A DNA stretch of 64,000 nt from Blastocystis sp. Blastoise (GCA_039096225.1 JBBPEB010000006.1:868001-932000), one strand, 5' to 3'. Positions 1-30,468 are shown, counted from the first letter of the stretch. Program-made: numbers and translations. Notes: generated from the letters alone by a model not told the origin.

Positions 1-1762
<1,762 letters not shown>

Positions 1763-2147
1763 TTTGTATACACAAGCAAATGAGCAATTCTTATTATGTA
1801 TGAATAGAAATAATATATTTTGATTTCAGAAATCTGGAAGTTCGTTTTATAAGAATGAAAAATAATCTGAAATATTTTAAGTCATTCTTATAATTTTTCA
1901 TTTATGAATAGAAAATAAAGGATTTATCAATCCATTGAAAATATATGGATATGTTATTTTATTAATTAATAGATGTATGAATGTAAGCAAAACAAATGAT
2001 ATATAAGAATGTGACAAATGAATAATAATAGTGTTTAAAACGAAATTATGCGTTTTATAAGCACACATATACACCAAAGAAAGAAAATTTTTTATATTTA
2101 TATATTTTTTTGAAACAACAATGAAGAAAATATTTAATTGAATAAAT

Positions 2148-2765
2148 TTAAAGATAAATAGTCACAAGAGAGACAACTCCAACAATCAGAGATCCGATAA
2201 ATAAAGCCCATGTAGATATTTTGAAAGGAAGAGTCATTCTATATATAATAGAAAATAGAATCGAGAATATATAATTATAAGAATTATAAACTAATATAGT
2301 TATATATATACTCTAATTTTCCAAGAGCATTAAGTTTTAAGCAAGCCATAGCAGGGAATGCGAAACAAACAACAGTACTAGCAACACCTATAAATATAGT
2401 ATTAAATATAGTATTAAATATAGTATTAAATATAGTATTAAATATAGTATTAAATATAGTATTAAATATAGTATTAAATATAGTATTAAATATAGTATTA
2501 AATATATTATTAAATATATTATTAAATATATTATTAAATATATTATTAAATATATTAAGAAATATTTCAGATAATAAAAAAATATAAATATATATATACT
2601 TCCTATAAATTGGAATACAATAGATAAATCATCGATAATAAGTCCACAGACTAAAATAATAAAACTGAGAAGGAAAGAGAGTGAATAATGACGAATAAGG
2701 GACCATTTAGTATTTTCCTTCTTAGAAGCTTCTTCAATTCCCCAAATCATAGTAATTATTGTAAA

Positions 2766-2803
<38 letters not shown>

Positions 2804-4542
2804 TCAATAAATAATGAATATAAAAATATTAAAAAATAATATTCTATATTAATATTCAAGAATACCAATGATTTTAATATATATATATATATATATACCT
2901 AGCAGGGAATATATTCATAGGGAAAGCCATAACAATAACACAGACCATAAGGAAGAAAGCAACAATAACAAAAGGATAAGGAGTACTAATCATATTTAAT
3001 AATATATTTCCTTGAATATCTTCACCATATTTAGCATATCCTGCAAAACCATCAAGAACATATACGCATAAAGCAAGAGGAAGAGCAGTCCAATTAACAC
3101 GCTTCATTTCTATAGGTATATAGTGTATATATATATGTATATTATTATTATAAATTATTATTAAAAATATGATTTTTTTAGAATAAATAGATATTATGTT
3201 TTAAGAAAAAAAATTAAAAAAACTTAAAAAAATCAAAAATTTAAAAAAAAAATAATAATAATAATAATAATACTTTTAACTTGATCTCCTTGAAGTTCAC
3301 TTTGAATTTCAAATACATTAACTTGACTAGAGAAAGCAAAGAGCATGAGAGGAATAGCTTTAATAAGACCTAAATCCCAATGTACTAAAGATAAAGAAGA
3401 CAGTTTTTCAAGATTAATATCTTCACAACATAAAGCAATGATAGTCCCTACAATATAGAGAACGCAAACAAGACCAAAGAAAGAAGAGAAACGAAGGTTA
3501 TCCATATTTCGGAGTAAACAAAGAGGAAGAACAATAAGACACCAGAAAATAGCAGTTAAATAATATTTATTTTGTAAGATATCAGGTAAAACATTAAACG
3601 AAATAATATTCTGAAAGATATCCTTAACAGCAACAATATATCTATATATATATATATGATTTATAGAATAGAAGAATGAATACGAAAAATGATGAAGACA
3701 AATAAATTAAATATAAATAAAATATAATATATAATAATAATAAAATATAATATATAATAATAATAAAACATAATATATATAATAATAAAATAAAATATAA
3801 TATAAATATAATATAATATATAATAATAATAATAAAATATATATCCCATAGCACATCCGATACAGAAACATAAAATACCTAAATAAATTACATATTGTAA
3901 CCATTTTCCAAATAATTGATACTATATATATAATATATATAATTATATTTATTAAATATAGTTAATAATAATAAAAAGCAAAAACAACTAATAGAATATA
4001 TATAATAAAATATTAATATTTAATAAAATATATACAGACATGTCTTCAAAACTTGTATATCCAGAAGCTTCACGAGCACGAATTAAAAGTTCAATTGTAA
4101 AAATAGTAACAAAAGTACCAAAAATAAGAAGAAGGATACAAGCAGCATATCCACCCATTTGGAAAGCACTAGGTAAAGAAAGAACACCAGCACCCATTGT
4201 TGCAGAACATAAATTAAAAACTCCACCACGAATAGAACCAGGAGCAAATAAATAAGATAATCTATGGATAAAAAAAAATTAATATATAGAATCAATAAAT
4301 ATATTAGTGTAAATGAATAAGCCAAAGACATACAAGTTGAATTTATACCAAGGTTTCTTTTCTTTTCCTTCAAGAAGGGGAACTTCTACAGATGTTTCTT
4401 CAGAAACTACAGCAGGAACAGTAGATTGTTCAACATCAGTTTTTTGAACAGTTTCAGGAACTACTTGTGTTTCTTCTTGAACTGTTTTTTGTTCGTTTGA
4501 TATGTTTTCGTCAACAATAATAGAAGTTGATTCGGTACTCAT
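2148..4542 (-). CDS. Amino-acid transporter, AAAP/SLC38 (Aa_trans) family, 7 exons
   Basis: Motifs FNLCSATMGAGVLSLP, LPLCLLRNMDNLRFSS, FAFSSQVNV, GYAKYGEDIQGNILLN, AFPMNIFPAR and multiple TM segments. Stop TAA at 2148-2150. Intron 3642-3844 is non-canonical (see findings). Confidence 0.9.
2390..2556. repeat. 12-bp intronic minisatellite (TTAAATATAGTA / TTAAATATATTA)n
   Basis: Direct tandem repeat inside a transporter intron; it creates the spurious YLIL tail of ORF 2388..2807. Confidence 0.9.
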
Positions 4543-5653
4543 TTTAATATTTTCTTTACGAGTTAAAGAATTGAATAATAAATAAATATTTAAATTTTTT
4601 TTATTTTTAATAATGCCAAATAAAATGTAATGATGATTGGATGTGTCAAAAAACAGTAGGAAGACGTCATCTTTCCTCTTTTTTCTTTATAATTTTCTTA
4701 TTTGTTATTTATTTCTGAAGATTAATTCGTTTTGAGATGCATATAAGTTTGAATATATACTTCAGTTCGTATACATTTATAATAGAAAAGCAACTGGAAA
4801 TAAAAGCATGAATTTTAAAAAGAGTATTGTGAAAAAGACATGTTTTTCAAGGTAATTAATAAAGTTTAATTATTTTAATAGTTCGCTGAGCTTTGTCTTG
4901 TGTTTGTAATAATATTCATTTAAATATTAAGTTATAAATATCAAAATTGTATATCAATAAATCAGTTTTAAGTATAATCTAAAATAGATATAGTGAGTAT
5001 AATGTTGGTTGAATATCTAGAATGGCAGTTATTGATATATTTGAGTAATAAAACCGTTTCTAATAAGAGATAAACAAACGAATTCTTTATCCTTGTCAGA
5101 ATGACTCAAATCGGCATCTTTCATTTCATGGGTAGTTTCATTTTTGAGGTTTCTCCACAAGGATTTGAGTTATATTATTGGATATCTCGTGACATAATTT
5201 GTGGCAAAGAATAAAAAGAATAACTTCAAAATAGGGAAACTTTCAAATTCTTACATTAGAGAATAAAAAGATAAATAATACAATAGCTATAGCATATATG
5301 ACAGATTCAGTTGACTACTTAGTTCGTGTAATTCGTTGAGACGAGATTGTGATTGAAAAAGGAAAGAAAGCCTTGTATATTAGATTCCATTATTATTTTC
5401 GAAAGTTCATTAAAAACTAACAAGAAGAACACATTGTATGAATCTTCTATCACATAAATATATGAATAGAATGATATTAATTTGAGTTAAAACATAAATG
5501 ATTCCTGATTGATTTATTATTTAATAAAGTAGATTCATGTTATATTTATAATTTGCTCTTATTATATTATAAAAGGATTATTTAAAATTAGCAAAACAAG
5601 ATAAACTACTAATTTTTTTTATAAATAAAAAAAAAATGCTAAAATAAAAAATA

Positions 5654-6097
5654 TTAATTTTGAGTAGTAGTTTGGGTAGTATTTGATTGCATATTTCTTT
5701 CAGATCTCCATTGAGTAAAACGAGTAATTATTTGGCCAATAGCACTAGGAACTTGTCTTCCAAGAGTATAGAAAATAACATGATAAATAGAAATAATATA
5801 TATATATATTGAATAAAAAAAGAGTAGAATAGTATTCATATATAAATAGAATACTATATAATAATTTATTGAAAATAAAAAATAGAAAAGTAAAATAATA
5901 ATTCTATATATATATATATATATAAATTTGAGGGAAAGCAATAAAAGGAGTATCAATAGCAAGTTGTTCAGCTATATAAGTAGCAGCTTTTTCAGCAGTA
6001 TAACAAAGAGGATATTGATTCTGATTCTCAGAAAAACGTGTATCTACAGGACCTATAATAAATATATATAATATAATATTCATATATATATAGCAAG

Positions 6098-6144
<47 letters not shown>

Positions 6145-6196
6145 AGGAGAAATAATATTTACATGGATACCAAAAGGACGAAGTTGATTTTGAAGA

Positions 6197-6247
<51 letters not shown>

Positions 6248-7196
6248 TTAATACTCAATATATTGTTATCAAATAGTATGATAATTCTTATAAAAATATA
6301 TATATATATTCAAAATAATATATACTATAATATATATATACCTTCAAAATAGACACGAACACAATTTTTAGAAGATTCATAACTGGGGACCATAAATAAA
6401 TTACCGTAACCATTAGCAGAACTAACAACAGCTAATTGACCACATTTACGAGACTATATATATATTTATATATATTGGATAATATTAAAAAATAATAATA
6501 ATAATATAAATATCAAAAAAAACAATTCAAATAATTTTAAAAAATCATATTTATTTATAATCAATAATATATAAATATATATATATGTAATAAATAAATT
6601 TATATATATATATACCTTCATTTGATCGACAAAAGGTAATACAGTGTGAACAGCAGCAAGAATATTCAATTTAAAACTAATATCAGCATCATTTAAGAGG
6701 CTTTCAGAAGTCATTTCAGCCACAACACCACGACCAGCATTTGCAATAACTAAATCAACCTATATTTGTAATATATAAGACAAAATTGGTATTCAAAATA
6801 GATATTTACATTATCAATTTGTTTAATTGTATCGAGTCTTCCAAGGAATTCTTTTTCATTAGTAATATCACCAACGTACGTTTTTACAATCATAGAAGAA
6901 TTCAGAGCTAAGCACTTTTCTTTAGTCTTCTCTAATCTTTCCTTATTTTGACCAAAGATATAAAGAATTTCAGCTCCATGAGAAGCATAATAATAAGCAA
7001 GATGTTCACCAATACCACTTGAAGCACCAGTAATTAATATAGACTTTGGTTTAGGAACATCTTTACGGCAGATCATATCATAGACATATCCAATACAATA
7101 GATAGGGAACAAAATTATGTAGAGAAAAGGAGTCAAGATGTAATATATTAATAGATTACATAAGAACTCAATAGTGAGTGTACAATAATGAGTCAT
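5654..7196 (-). CDS. Short-chain dehydrogenase/reductase with N-terminal membrane anchor, paralog A, 6 exons
   Basis: ITGASSGIG Rossmann motif, DLVIANAG, catalytic SYESSK (YxxxK), ISPGPVDTRF. Last intron 5787-5925 is non-canonical. Confidence 0.9.
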
Positions 7197-7552
7197 GTTA
7201 CAAAGTATTCTTTTTAAAACGAATAAAAAAATAAATGAATTCAAAAACAAACAAAACACCAGAAAAAGTGAGTTTCATCTCGATGACGCTCTAGAAACAC
7301 TAATCCAACGAACTGACGCTATTTTAATATGTATAATGTTTTTAATTAATTATCTTAGAAACTATGGATTGAAATGAATAAAGGGTAGAATATACATTGA
7401 GTGTAACAACATAAGTAACAACAAAACTAAAATATAGAAGAGAGCATGTATTTGAAATGGCAAATTAGAGAGCTATAAATAAAATGATATGTAGCCTATT
7501 TCAAATCAAAAGTTAAAGAGAGTGTGTATATTGAAATTATTCAGATTTGGTT

Positions 7553-8952
7553 TTATTTTGTTTTTTTAATTGTTTAGCTTGACTCATCTTACTAATAGCC
7601 ATGACAATTTCTCTTGGAATTTGACGAGCATAAGTAAAGAAGAAAATATGCCAGCTATAAATAACATTAAATAAGTATATAAAAAGAAAACAATGAGAAA
7701 AAATAATACAAAAATAATTAGTTAGTAATAAAGTATTAAAAAAATGTTACTATAAATATTATAATAAAAGATATATATATATACAATCTGGGGAATGATA
7801 TAAAAGGAACATCCCAATATAATTGTTGTCCAATAATTTCAGCAGCCTTTTCAGAACTAACAACACCAGGGTAATTCGCTTGATTTTCAGTAAAACGTGT
7901 GTTTACAGGACCTAGAAATATATATATATATGTATAATAATAAATTTTCTTATTATTATATATAATAATATATTATTATTATTATTTGAATATTCAAATT
8001 AATAAGAAGATAAACATAAAAATAATAAGAGAGAGAATCAATATAGTTATAATAAAAGCTACATAAATTCGAATATATTATAATGATTATACATAATTAA
8101 AATAATCATAATACTTAGAATAATACAAATATGACTAGTTATAATCATAATAATATACCAGGAGAAACGATATTGACATGAATACCAAAAGGACGAAGTT
8201 TATGTCTAAGGTTTTCAAAATAAATACGACAACAGTTTTTAGTAGCTTCATACGAAGGAATGAAGAATCCATTACCATAACCATCAATAGAACTAACAAT
8301 ACAGAATTGACCGGAGTGACGTTCTTTCATTTGATCGATAAAAGGAAGACAAGTTTGAATAGTAGCATCAATATTCAATTTGAATACTTTCTCATAATCA
8401 TCTTCTAAACTAGCAGAAGTCAATTCAGGGAATACACAACGACCAGCATTAGCAACAACAAGATCTACCTAAATAAAGTAATTATTATTATCAATTTATA
8501 TAGTATTTATTTATATAGTATTTATCAAGAAATAATATAGAAAAAATATTGAGTAAAATATATACTTGATCATTATTTTTAATTGATTCAATTCTAGCTT
8601 TGAATTCTTCTGTATTGCAGATATTACCAACATATGTGTTTACAGTCATTGATGGATTCAATTTCAAGCATCCCTCTTTAGTAGCCATCAATCTTTCCTC
8701 ATTCTGACCAAAAATATATAGACGATCAGCACCTTTTTTAGCATAATAATAAGCCATAGCTTCACCGATACCACTAGAAGCACCTGTGATCAAAACAGAT
8801 TTTGGTTCTTCAGCATATTCAGGATAAAGTAAATTGCAAACATATTCATAAACATAAATTGGGAAAAGAAGAACATATAAAAGAGGAGTTAAAATATAAT
8901 ATATAAGAATATTATCAAAGAAATAAGTTGATAAAACGGAAAAGTGACTCAT
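7553..8952 (-). CDS. Short-chain dehydrogenase/reductase, paralog B (tandem duplicate), 4 exons
   Basis: [33 protein letters not shown]; colinear with paralog A; all introns GT-AG; stop at 7553-7555. Confidence 0.9.
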
Positions 8953-10238
8953 ATTGAAGTTATAGAACCAAAATAAAATAAAATTTGAATAAACCTCAAC
9001 CCACATGACAAAGGGATACTCCCTCAGATCTAAAAAAACGAATGACACACCTTTTGAATGAAATATGAATGGCTATAAATCAAAGAATAATCAATATTTT
9101 ATTATTTGTTGATAATCGCAATGATAAAAAACATAATTAATGGTATTAGATTCACCAATTATTGTTGAATAATTATCTCGATTCTCCAACAAAACTTAAC
9201 ATTTATGTTTATTTGATATTTGATATCATATTTAATGAGAAAATTCATGAAAATAATAAAATTGATGGAAAACAAAAGGGAGAAAAAAAAGTTTCCACAA
9301 ATTGGAATGATATATATCTTCATCCTGTTATTATAATAAATCAGATTATTCCTTTGATATCAAGGTTTAACACTTCCCAATATTTATTACCATGTTACAA
9401 TGAATTATTATTATAAAGAAAATTCACATAATTATCGATTCGAACTAATCATGACTTGATAAGGGTAAAACGGGGTTGACAATAGTAGAAGATAATGTTA
9501 TTATGTCACTAGTTTTTTGCGTAAAAAAAAAGAAAAAAATGTTTTTAATTGTATTGTTTGTCATATAAAGTTGATCATAATATATGATATAAAATAAATT
9601 TATTTTCTTAATGTGACTGAGTTTTAAAATAATATTCAATTTTGAGTTAGTCGATATGAAAAAAGTATAGAATTTATAAAAGAGTATATTTGAATTAGAC
9701 TTGGTATAATTAATAAAATGAAAACAACGATCATTCATGAAAGAACTCTTCAGTTGAGAAGTCATCCATAAGAAATTGATGCGTTTCAAAAAAAGAAATA
9801 TAAACCTATGTTTTAGTTACATACTTATTTATTGTTCTTGATATGAGAACATAAAAAAAGCAATAGAGTAATCATCATTAATCAAAAGCAAAGAAAATGA
9901 AGCAATGAGGAACAACATATGCATTCGTATAACAATGATCTTTCAACATATACATACTTATTTTAACGATATATTAATAATATATAAAAAAAAGTAAATA
10001 TTTGTTAAGAAAACAAAAAGAATAACTAGAATTTAGAGAATTACCAAAAACCGGATAAAGCTAAATAGCTGGTTTAAACCAGCTAAAATTTTTAGCCGGT
10101 TTTTGATTTTTACAGTCAAAATTTTTAGCCGATTTTGAAACCAGCTAAAAATCAAAAAATATATTCATTCATATTGTATATGATTCATTAGTTATTTATC
10201 ATTCTATATAGCATTTATATATAGAAACTAGCTTATTA

Positions 10239-24229
<13,991 letters not shown>

Positions 24230-24908
24230 ATTCATTGTCTCAAATATATATATTTTTTATTAATTATATTATATTATATTATTTGTCATGTATCTATAAT
24301 CTAATTCGTGAATTATGAATCATTATACACTGTATGTTTTTTTTCATGTAATTAATTAGAATTAAAAAAATAAGTTCGTCTGTGTGGTTGTGTTTATATC
24401 AAAATCTTTTATTTTATTCATAGTTGAAATCAGATCACTGATAAATCAGATTAAACTACGTACATTTCTTTTTTGCAATTAACTATAGTTTAAAATTTTA
24501 TCAAGTGGTTCCCTCTTTATTAGTCAGTATATCTTGTATATTCTTATAGAATAGACGTTATTTGATAAAACTAGACTTTTATAGTGATAATCATGAATGA
24601 TTTTAAGTTTAACCGGAATTTTGATTTATCTGTACTTATGTAAGTCATTATAATATGATCAATTCAAAATGAAAAAGCATTGATGCGTATAACATTCAAA
24701 ACATCTTTATATAAAAACCGGCTAAAAATTTTAGCTGGTTTAAACCAGCTATTTAGCTTTATCCGGTTTTTGGTAATTCTCTACTAGAATTTCAATAGAA
24801 TTTTTGTTAATCTTCTTCTTTTTTTGATAAATACAAATATATACTTATAAATAGGTAAGAAAATATGATTTATATACTTAAACCGATATGTTTTCCTTTA
24901 GAATACAA

Positions 24909-26356
24909 ATGAATACGAATCAATATATGTATGAAAGTAATTGTGTAGGATATTATCATATTTTTGTGAACTTTTATAAATTTATGTATAAGCTAAATGC
25001 GTATAATATATAGAAAGCAAAACTAAAGATTCTAGACAACAAAATCCATCGCAAATAAATCATATTTCTAGTATTCAAGCATATAATCTGTTACTTGATT
25101 TATACTTTATTGAAGTAAGTAAAATTAGTATGCTATTAATTTCTTTTGTTTTTTAGGAAGTACGTATTTGCTTTTTGGACACAAGACCTTTTGAGGATTT
25201 CAATAAATCTAACTTAGAACGATCTCTAAGCATAGCTGAGTGTATTTATATTTATTATAAATCTTATACTTTTTTTTTGTATAGTTCTTCCTAATCATCA
25301 GTTAACAAACAATAAATCGCTTTTAGAAAAGGCATGTCAATATGCGTTAAAAGTGATGAATCTCTCTGAACCAGAATATCTTGTTATTGTCGTTTATGGA
25401 GAGGGAAAGTATATGTATTCATTGTTTATAATCATCTATATTATTATGTTAAAAAGCACATTTCATAAATATATATATGTTTATGTGATATAAATATTCT
25501 AAGAAATATATATATAGTTTTCTTGATTATGAACAATATATTTGCAATTATATTCAGAATAGTTGTATCTATATATAAATATATATATATAAATATTTCT
25601 TCTTCTTCTTCTATTATTTCCTTTTTATTATAGTTCCCTGTAAATTAAGTTATTGTGATTCTACTTATTCTTCATTTATCTCTCTTTCTCCATATATATG
25701 TATGAATCAACAAGAAAAACAAAATAATCAATTTATTCATATACGTATTTATATATAGTATTGTTTATTTTAAAGAATTAATTTTTTATCATGATCTATT
25801 TTTATTGATTTTTAATGTTTGTCTTATTTATTAAAAATAAATTATTTATTTTTATTAAAGATATATAATTGATATTTCTAAGATCTATATATATATATAT
25901 ATATATATATAGAAGACATGCCTCGTTGTATTATTCCAAACTGTCTCTATTTATTTCCTGAGTATATATATATAAACTACTATTTCATATATACTAAAAA
26001 TGAATATAAATATATATATAGATGGGAGGGAAATACACTTCAATTTCCCACGTTTTTCTCTTCCTTCAAGCGTATCTATATACATAATAAGACGCATGTG
26101 TTTTCACTTCTTCAAGGACCTTCTCCAAAAGCTACATCGACATTCACGGGAATTAATGAAAATCGTGAGAATTTAATGAATTCCTCATGTATTCGTGATA
26201 TAAATGAAAAAAATATATCAATCGATATAGATAATAATAATGATAATAATGATAATGTTTTGATAAACCCATGTGTAGATTGTACGAATGAAGGAACAGA
26301 CATATTTCGAGATGATTATATAGATAAACAAACAGTTTATAAAGATATATATGACC

Positions 26357-26395
<39 letters not shown>

Positions 26396-26647
26396 TATTG
26401 TGATATATATATAGAGTACCCGGTTTCTTCTTCTGTTGTTCCTAAACATAAAATCTTGCTAATATTAACATCTATAGATACTTATGACTATACAAATATT
26501 CTCTTTGAATATACTTATGCTGTATATATATATATATAATTATTATTATTCTCTATCAAGATATATATTAATATAAATATATAGTATCAACTATCTAATG
26601 AATCTATGAATGATAATAATAATAATAACAATAATAATATTAATAAT

Positions 26648-26689
<42 letters not shown>

Positions 26690-28819
26690 GCTATGACATA
26701 CCTCTTTCAAGAATCTAATGAGCATCTTGCCGCCAAATCTTATTTAAAAGATATTTGGAGGGCAGCTCGTTTTCAAGATATTCCTTCTTCTGTATATATA
26801 TAAAGAAATATACATATATATACAATTTCTAACCCTTATTATATATGAATATACATCATTTATATATATACAGTTATGTACACATGAAGGAGTATTCAGA
26901 TTATTTGAACCCACTTATTATATAAATAACATGAATATTAATATGTATATATATATTTATTTATTACTGAATTATGTATTCTTTCAACATAGTTATATAT
27001 TATTATATATATATAAACTTTACTTTTTAATCTTTATCCTATTCAGTAATAATATTAATAATAATAATGATATATAGTTTACTAAAGAAATTATCTACAA
27101 AAATAGTTGAACAAGATGTGGAAGCCAACATAAGTATTTTATTATACATTCTCTATATATTAATATTATTCATCTATCTCGTTTCTATATACATTTTCTA
27201 TCTCTTTATTATTACTTATACTATATTCTTTATCGTTATATATATATATATTTTCAACTATATAGTGTTTTCATCTGAAATGATAGAGTTTCTTCAAAGT
27301 TCCGAATCTTTATTTATATATTTCTCCAAGTTTCCCACCAAATATATATATAAAGGAGTTCCGCGGGATATATACAATCAAGTTGTCAAGAAAAATAATT
27401 CTATTTCAGATATTTATTTGTATATATAGACCAATAATTAAATTCTCCATCTACTATAACAATACTATATATATATACATATATATTATTTGAAATTCAC
27501 TTTTATTCTATATACAGAGACACAATCAAACCTTTGTTTTCCAGCATTATTAAGTATATATCTGAAAACCCATTTGCCACTGCATTTCCTCTATTTCATC
27601 TTCTGAATTGTATATATATGTATATATAATTATAAATAGAAATAAAAATATGAATATCTATATGGTATTTATATACCATTCTTTTTGATTATTTTAATAT
27701 TTAAATAATAATAATATTATATATACAGATCTTATTACTTCGCCCTCAATTCAAAGATCTATTCAACTCTGTTCACAAAATAATGACACTTTTTATACAT
27801 CATTTTTCGATCAGCTCTTCACAATTCTATTCAACGTATATTATACTTCATTAATTATATATAAAAATATTATTATTATTATTATTATTATTATTTTCTC
27901 TCTCAATATATATATTATACATTCTATCTTTCTATACTATTGCTTACTATATAAAGAATCAGTCATTCATTATAATAATTCTATATATATAGTCCCTTCC
28001 TCGTTCATTATTTGCCTCCAAAGCATGTGACCGTTCCCTCCAAACGCTCGTCTATTTCCTCCGATCGTTTACCGCCATTCCCGCCTTTATGCCCCTTGTT
28101 ATTCAATATCGGGATATATTCACGGGAATCCTTCAAAATGAAATGCTCTATACAACTTCAGTATATATATATTACTATTTCTAATAATAATTCATATATA
28201 CAATATAGAAACATATTTTGAATTGTATTTCTCTTGCAATTTCTTATATATATATCATTGATACTTTATATTATCAAATTACATCAAATTCCCATGGGAA
28301 TCAAGAGAAATTGAAGATCTATCTACAAGACTCCTTTGACCAGCTTCATCCAATGAACTCCCTCCTAATCCAATTTATTCACGGGAATTCTGAACTTGAA
28401 TATCCACTCATCTTAACTCTCTCTAGTATATATATATCATATATATATCATATATTGTTATAGGATTTATATATATTGTTATAGGATTTATATATATTGT
28501 ATTAGTATTCTATATATTGTATTAGTATTATATATATTCTATTAGTATTCTATATATTTCTACATTTTTCGATTTCCTTAACACTAACCTCTCTTTAGAA
28601 TATATATGTATATATCACAATTCATTATTATCACATACTTCATCATTCTCCAAAGTATTCAAAGATGACTTCCGCGATTATTTCACTATTTTTGCGGATG
28701 ATCTATATAAAATACGTTATTCTATACAATTGAATAAAGATGAAATCGAAGAAAATGACATTAAACTAGCTTTTTATCTGAGAAAATGTCTTCTGAATAT
28801 CTATTTATCACAATTATAA
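24909..28819 (+). CDS. Multi-exon protein with an N-terminal rhodanese-like domain, possibly a degenerate MAPK-phosphatase-like region, and a helical C-terminus
   Basis: Continuous GT-AG spliced frame. ICFLDTRPFEDFNKSNLERSLSI resembles the rhodanese/CH2A motif; MPRCIIPNCLYL resembles the DUSP start. No HCxxGxxR seen. Probable 5'-UTR intron 24855-24901. Confidence 0.65.
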
Positions 28820-29712
28820 TAATTCATTTTTAATATTTTGATATATTCTATATTTCTTTTTAATTTTAGAATATCTTCATTTTTTTAAGAATTTGTTTAA
28901 TTTTATATTGTTTTAAAAAACAAATAATGATTTTATTTGGTTCAATTATATTTTGATATCTTATTATTGTTGAATAAATGCAAATTAAAGACAATAGCTC
29001 GCCTTTATGAGTTCATTCATTGATTAGTGTTTTTCATCCAATACAAAATAAACTAAAACTCTAAAATTATGACCTAATCAATTAACCATCGACTTGACAC
29101 ATATTTGACCATAAATAATACTAATTTGAATAAATAATCCACATGATTTCATAATTGACAACTGTTTTTCCTCATATCGTCGTTTCAGTTATTATCTACA
29201 ACTATTCTGAATGATGTTATAAATTTATCATGTTCTTATTGTGTATAAAGAGAGTATCATAACTTTTTAACTCTTCATTGTTCTCAATAAATTCGATCAT
29301 GGTTAATGCACTAATATATTCGTCTCTCAAAGCATTATTTAGTAAAAAAAACGTCTCAAATACTAGTTTCTTATTAGTGCTTCCATAAATGAAACAATTA
29401 AAACCATGAAAATTGTAATTCTTTTACTCATATTTTGAAAATAAACATAAACGGATGAATAGTAGACAGTTTTAAAATAACATCCCATTCTAGTATTTTT
29501 TGTCGAATATATCAAGAATGATGCCATATTTATAAAATATTTTCTAATATATATTTTTAATTCAAGTGAAGCTTCCTTTACATATCCTTTATTAGGAAAA
29601 GTGAAATATATTTCTCATAGTGAATCAATCATTTTTTATTATCTGATATCAATTTCAATATCAATTAGTTCTTCTAGCTATCATAACAATTACTGCTATA
29701 CTATTAACGTAA

Positions 29713-30468
29713 ATGACGATGTCAAATATTTCAATTAGTGAATCTTCTTCTGAATGTGGAGGCTTCATCTATCCCAAGGGATTATGTCCATACCGTACAG
29801 CTGGTCAATACGATGAAAGCCAAAAAGATGCTGTCCTTGTTGATAATAAACCAACTAATTATTGTTTTGTAGAAAAACAAAAGAGAATTCCAAGAAGTCA
29901 TCTTAAGAGAAATGATTTCTTCTCCCGGTTATCTAGCTCAATAGATTGTTCCTCAAAAAGATGTACACAGGTCTGTGAGTCAACAGTCATTAATAATTCT
30001 TCTTATACTCAACTATTTAATAAGAACTCTATTAATCTATCTCCTGAAGTATATAATAAGAAGACTCAAGAATATATTGATATTGATATTGATGGCTATT
30101 CAATTATTCAATTCAATAATGGCGATCGACTACTTGGACATTTAAATCATGGATCTTCTTATGATTCTTCGTTACTCTTTCTACATGATGGAACTATTAT
30201 CGAGTGTCCAGCATATAAATATTCTATGTATGGATTTGGTACAATTATTTATTCAAATGGTGATATCTATGAAGGTTGTATCGTTAACAACTGTAGAAGT
30301 GGATACGGAGTATTAAGAAAGCCTAATGGTATGAAAATTCGAGGAAATTGGTTTCATAATCAACGTCATGGTATTTGTGATATTTACTATAATAATGGTG
30401 ATCGTTTTCGAGGAAGATGGATTCATGGCGATTCTTGTGGAGATGGAATCTTTATTCGTAATCATTGA
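29713..30468 (+). CDS. MORN-repeat protein, intronless
   Basis: C-terminal repeats YEGCIVNNCRSGYGVLRKPNG, IRGNWFHNQRHGICDIYYNNG, FRGRWIHGDSCGDG. Confidence 0.88.
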   Translation: MTMSNISISESSSECGGFIYPKGLCPYRTAGQYDESQKDAVLVDNKPTNYCFVEKQKRIPRSHLKRNDFFSRLSSSIDCSSKRCTQVCESTVINNSSYTQLFNKNSINLSPEVYNKKTQEYIDIDIDGYSIIQFNNGDRLLGHLNHGSSYDSSLLFLHDGTIIECPAYKYSMYGFGTIIYSNGDIYEGCIVNNCRSGYGVLRKPNGMKIRGNWFHNQRHGICDIYYNNGDRFRGRWIHGDSCGDGIFIRNH

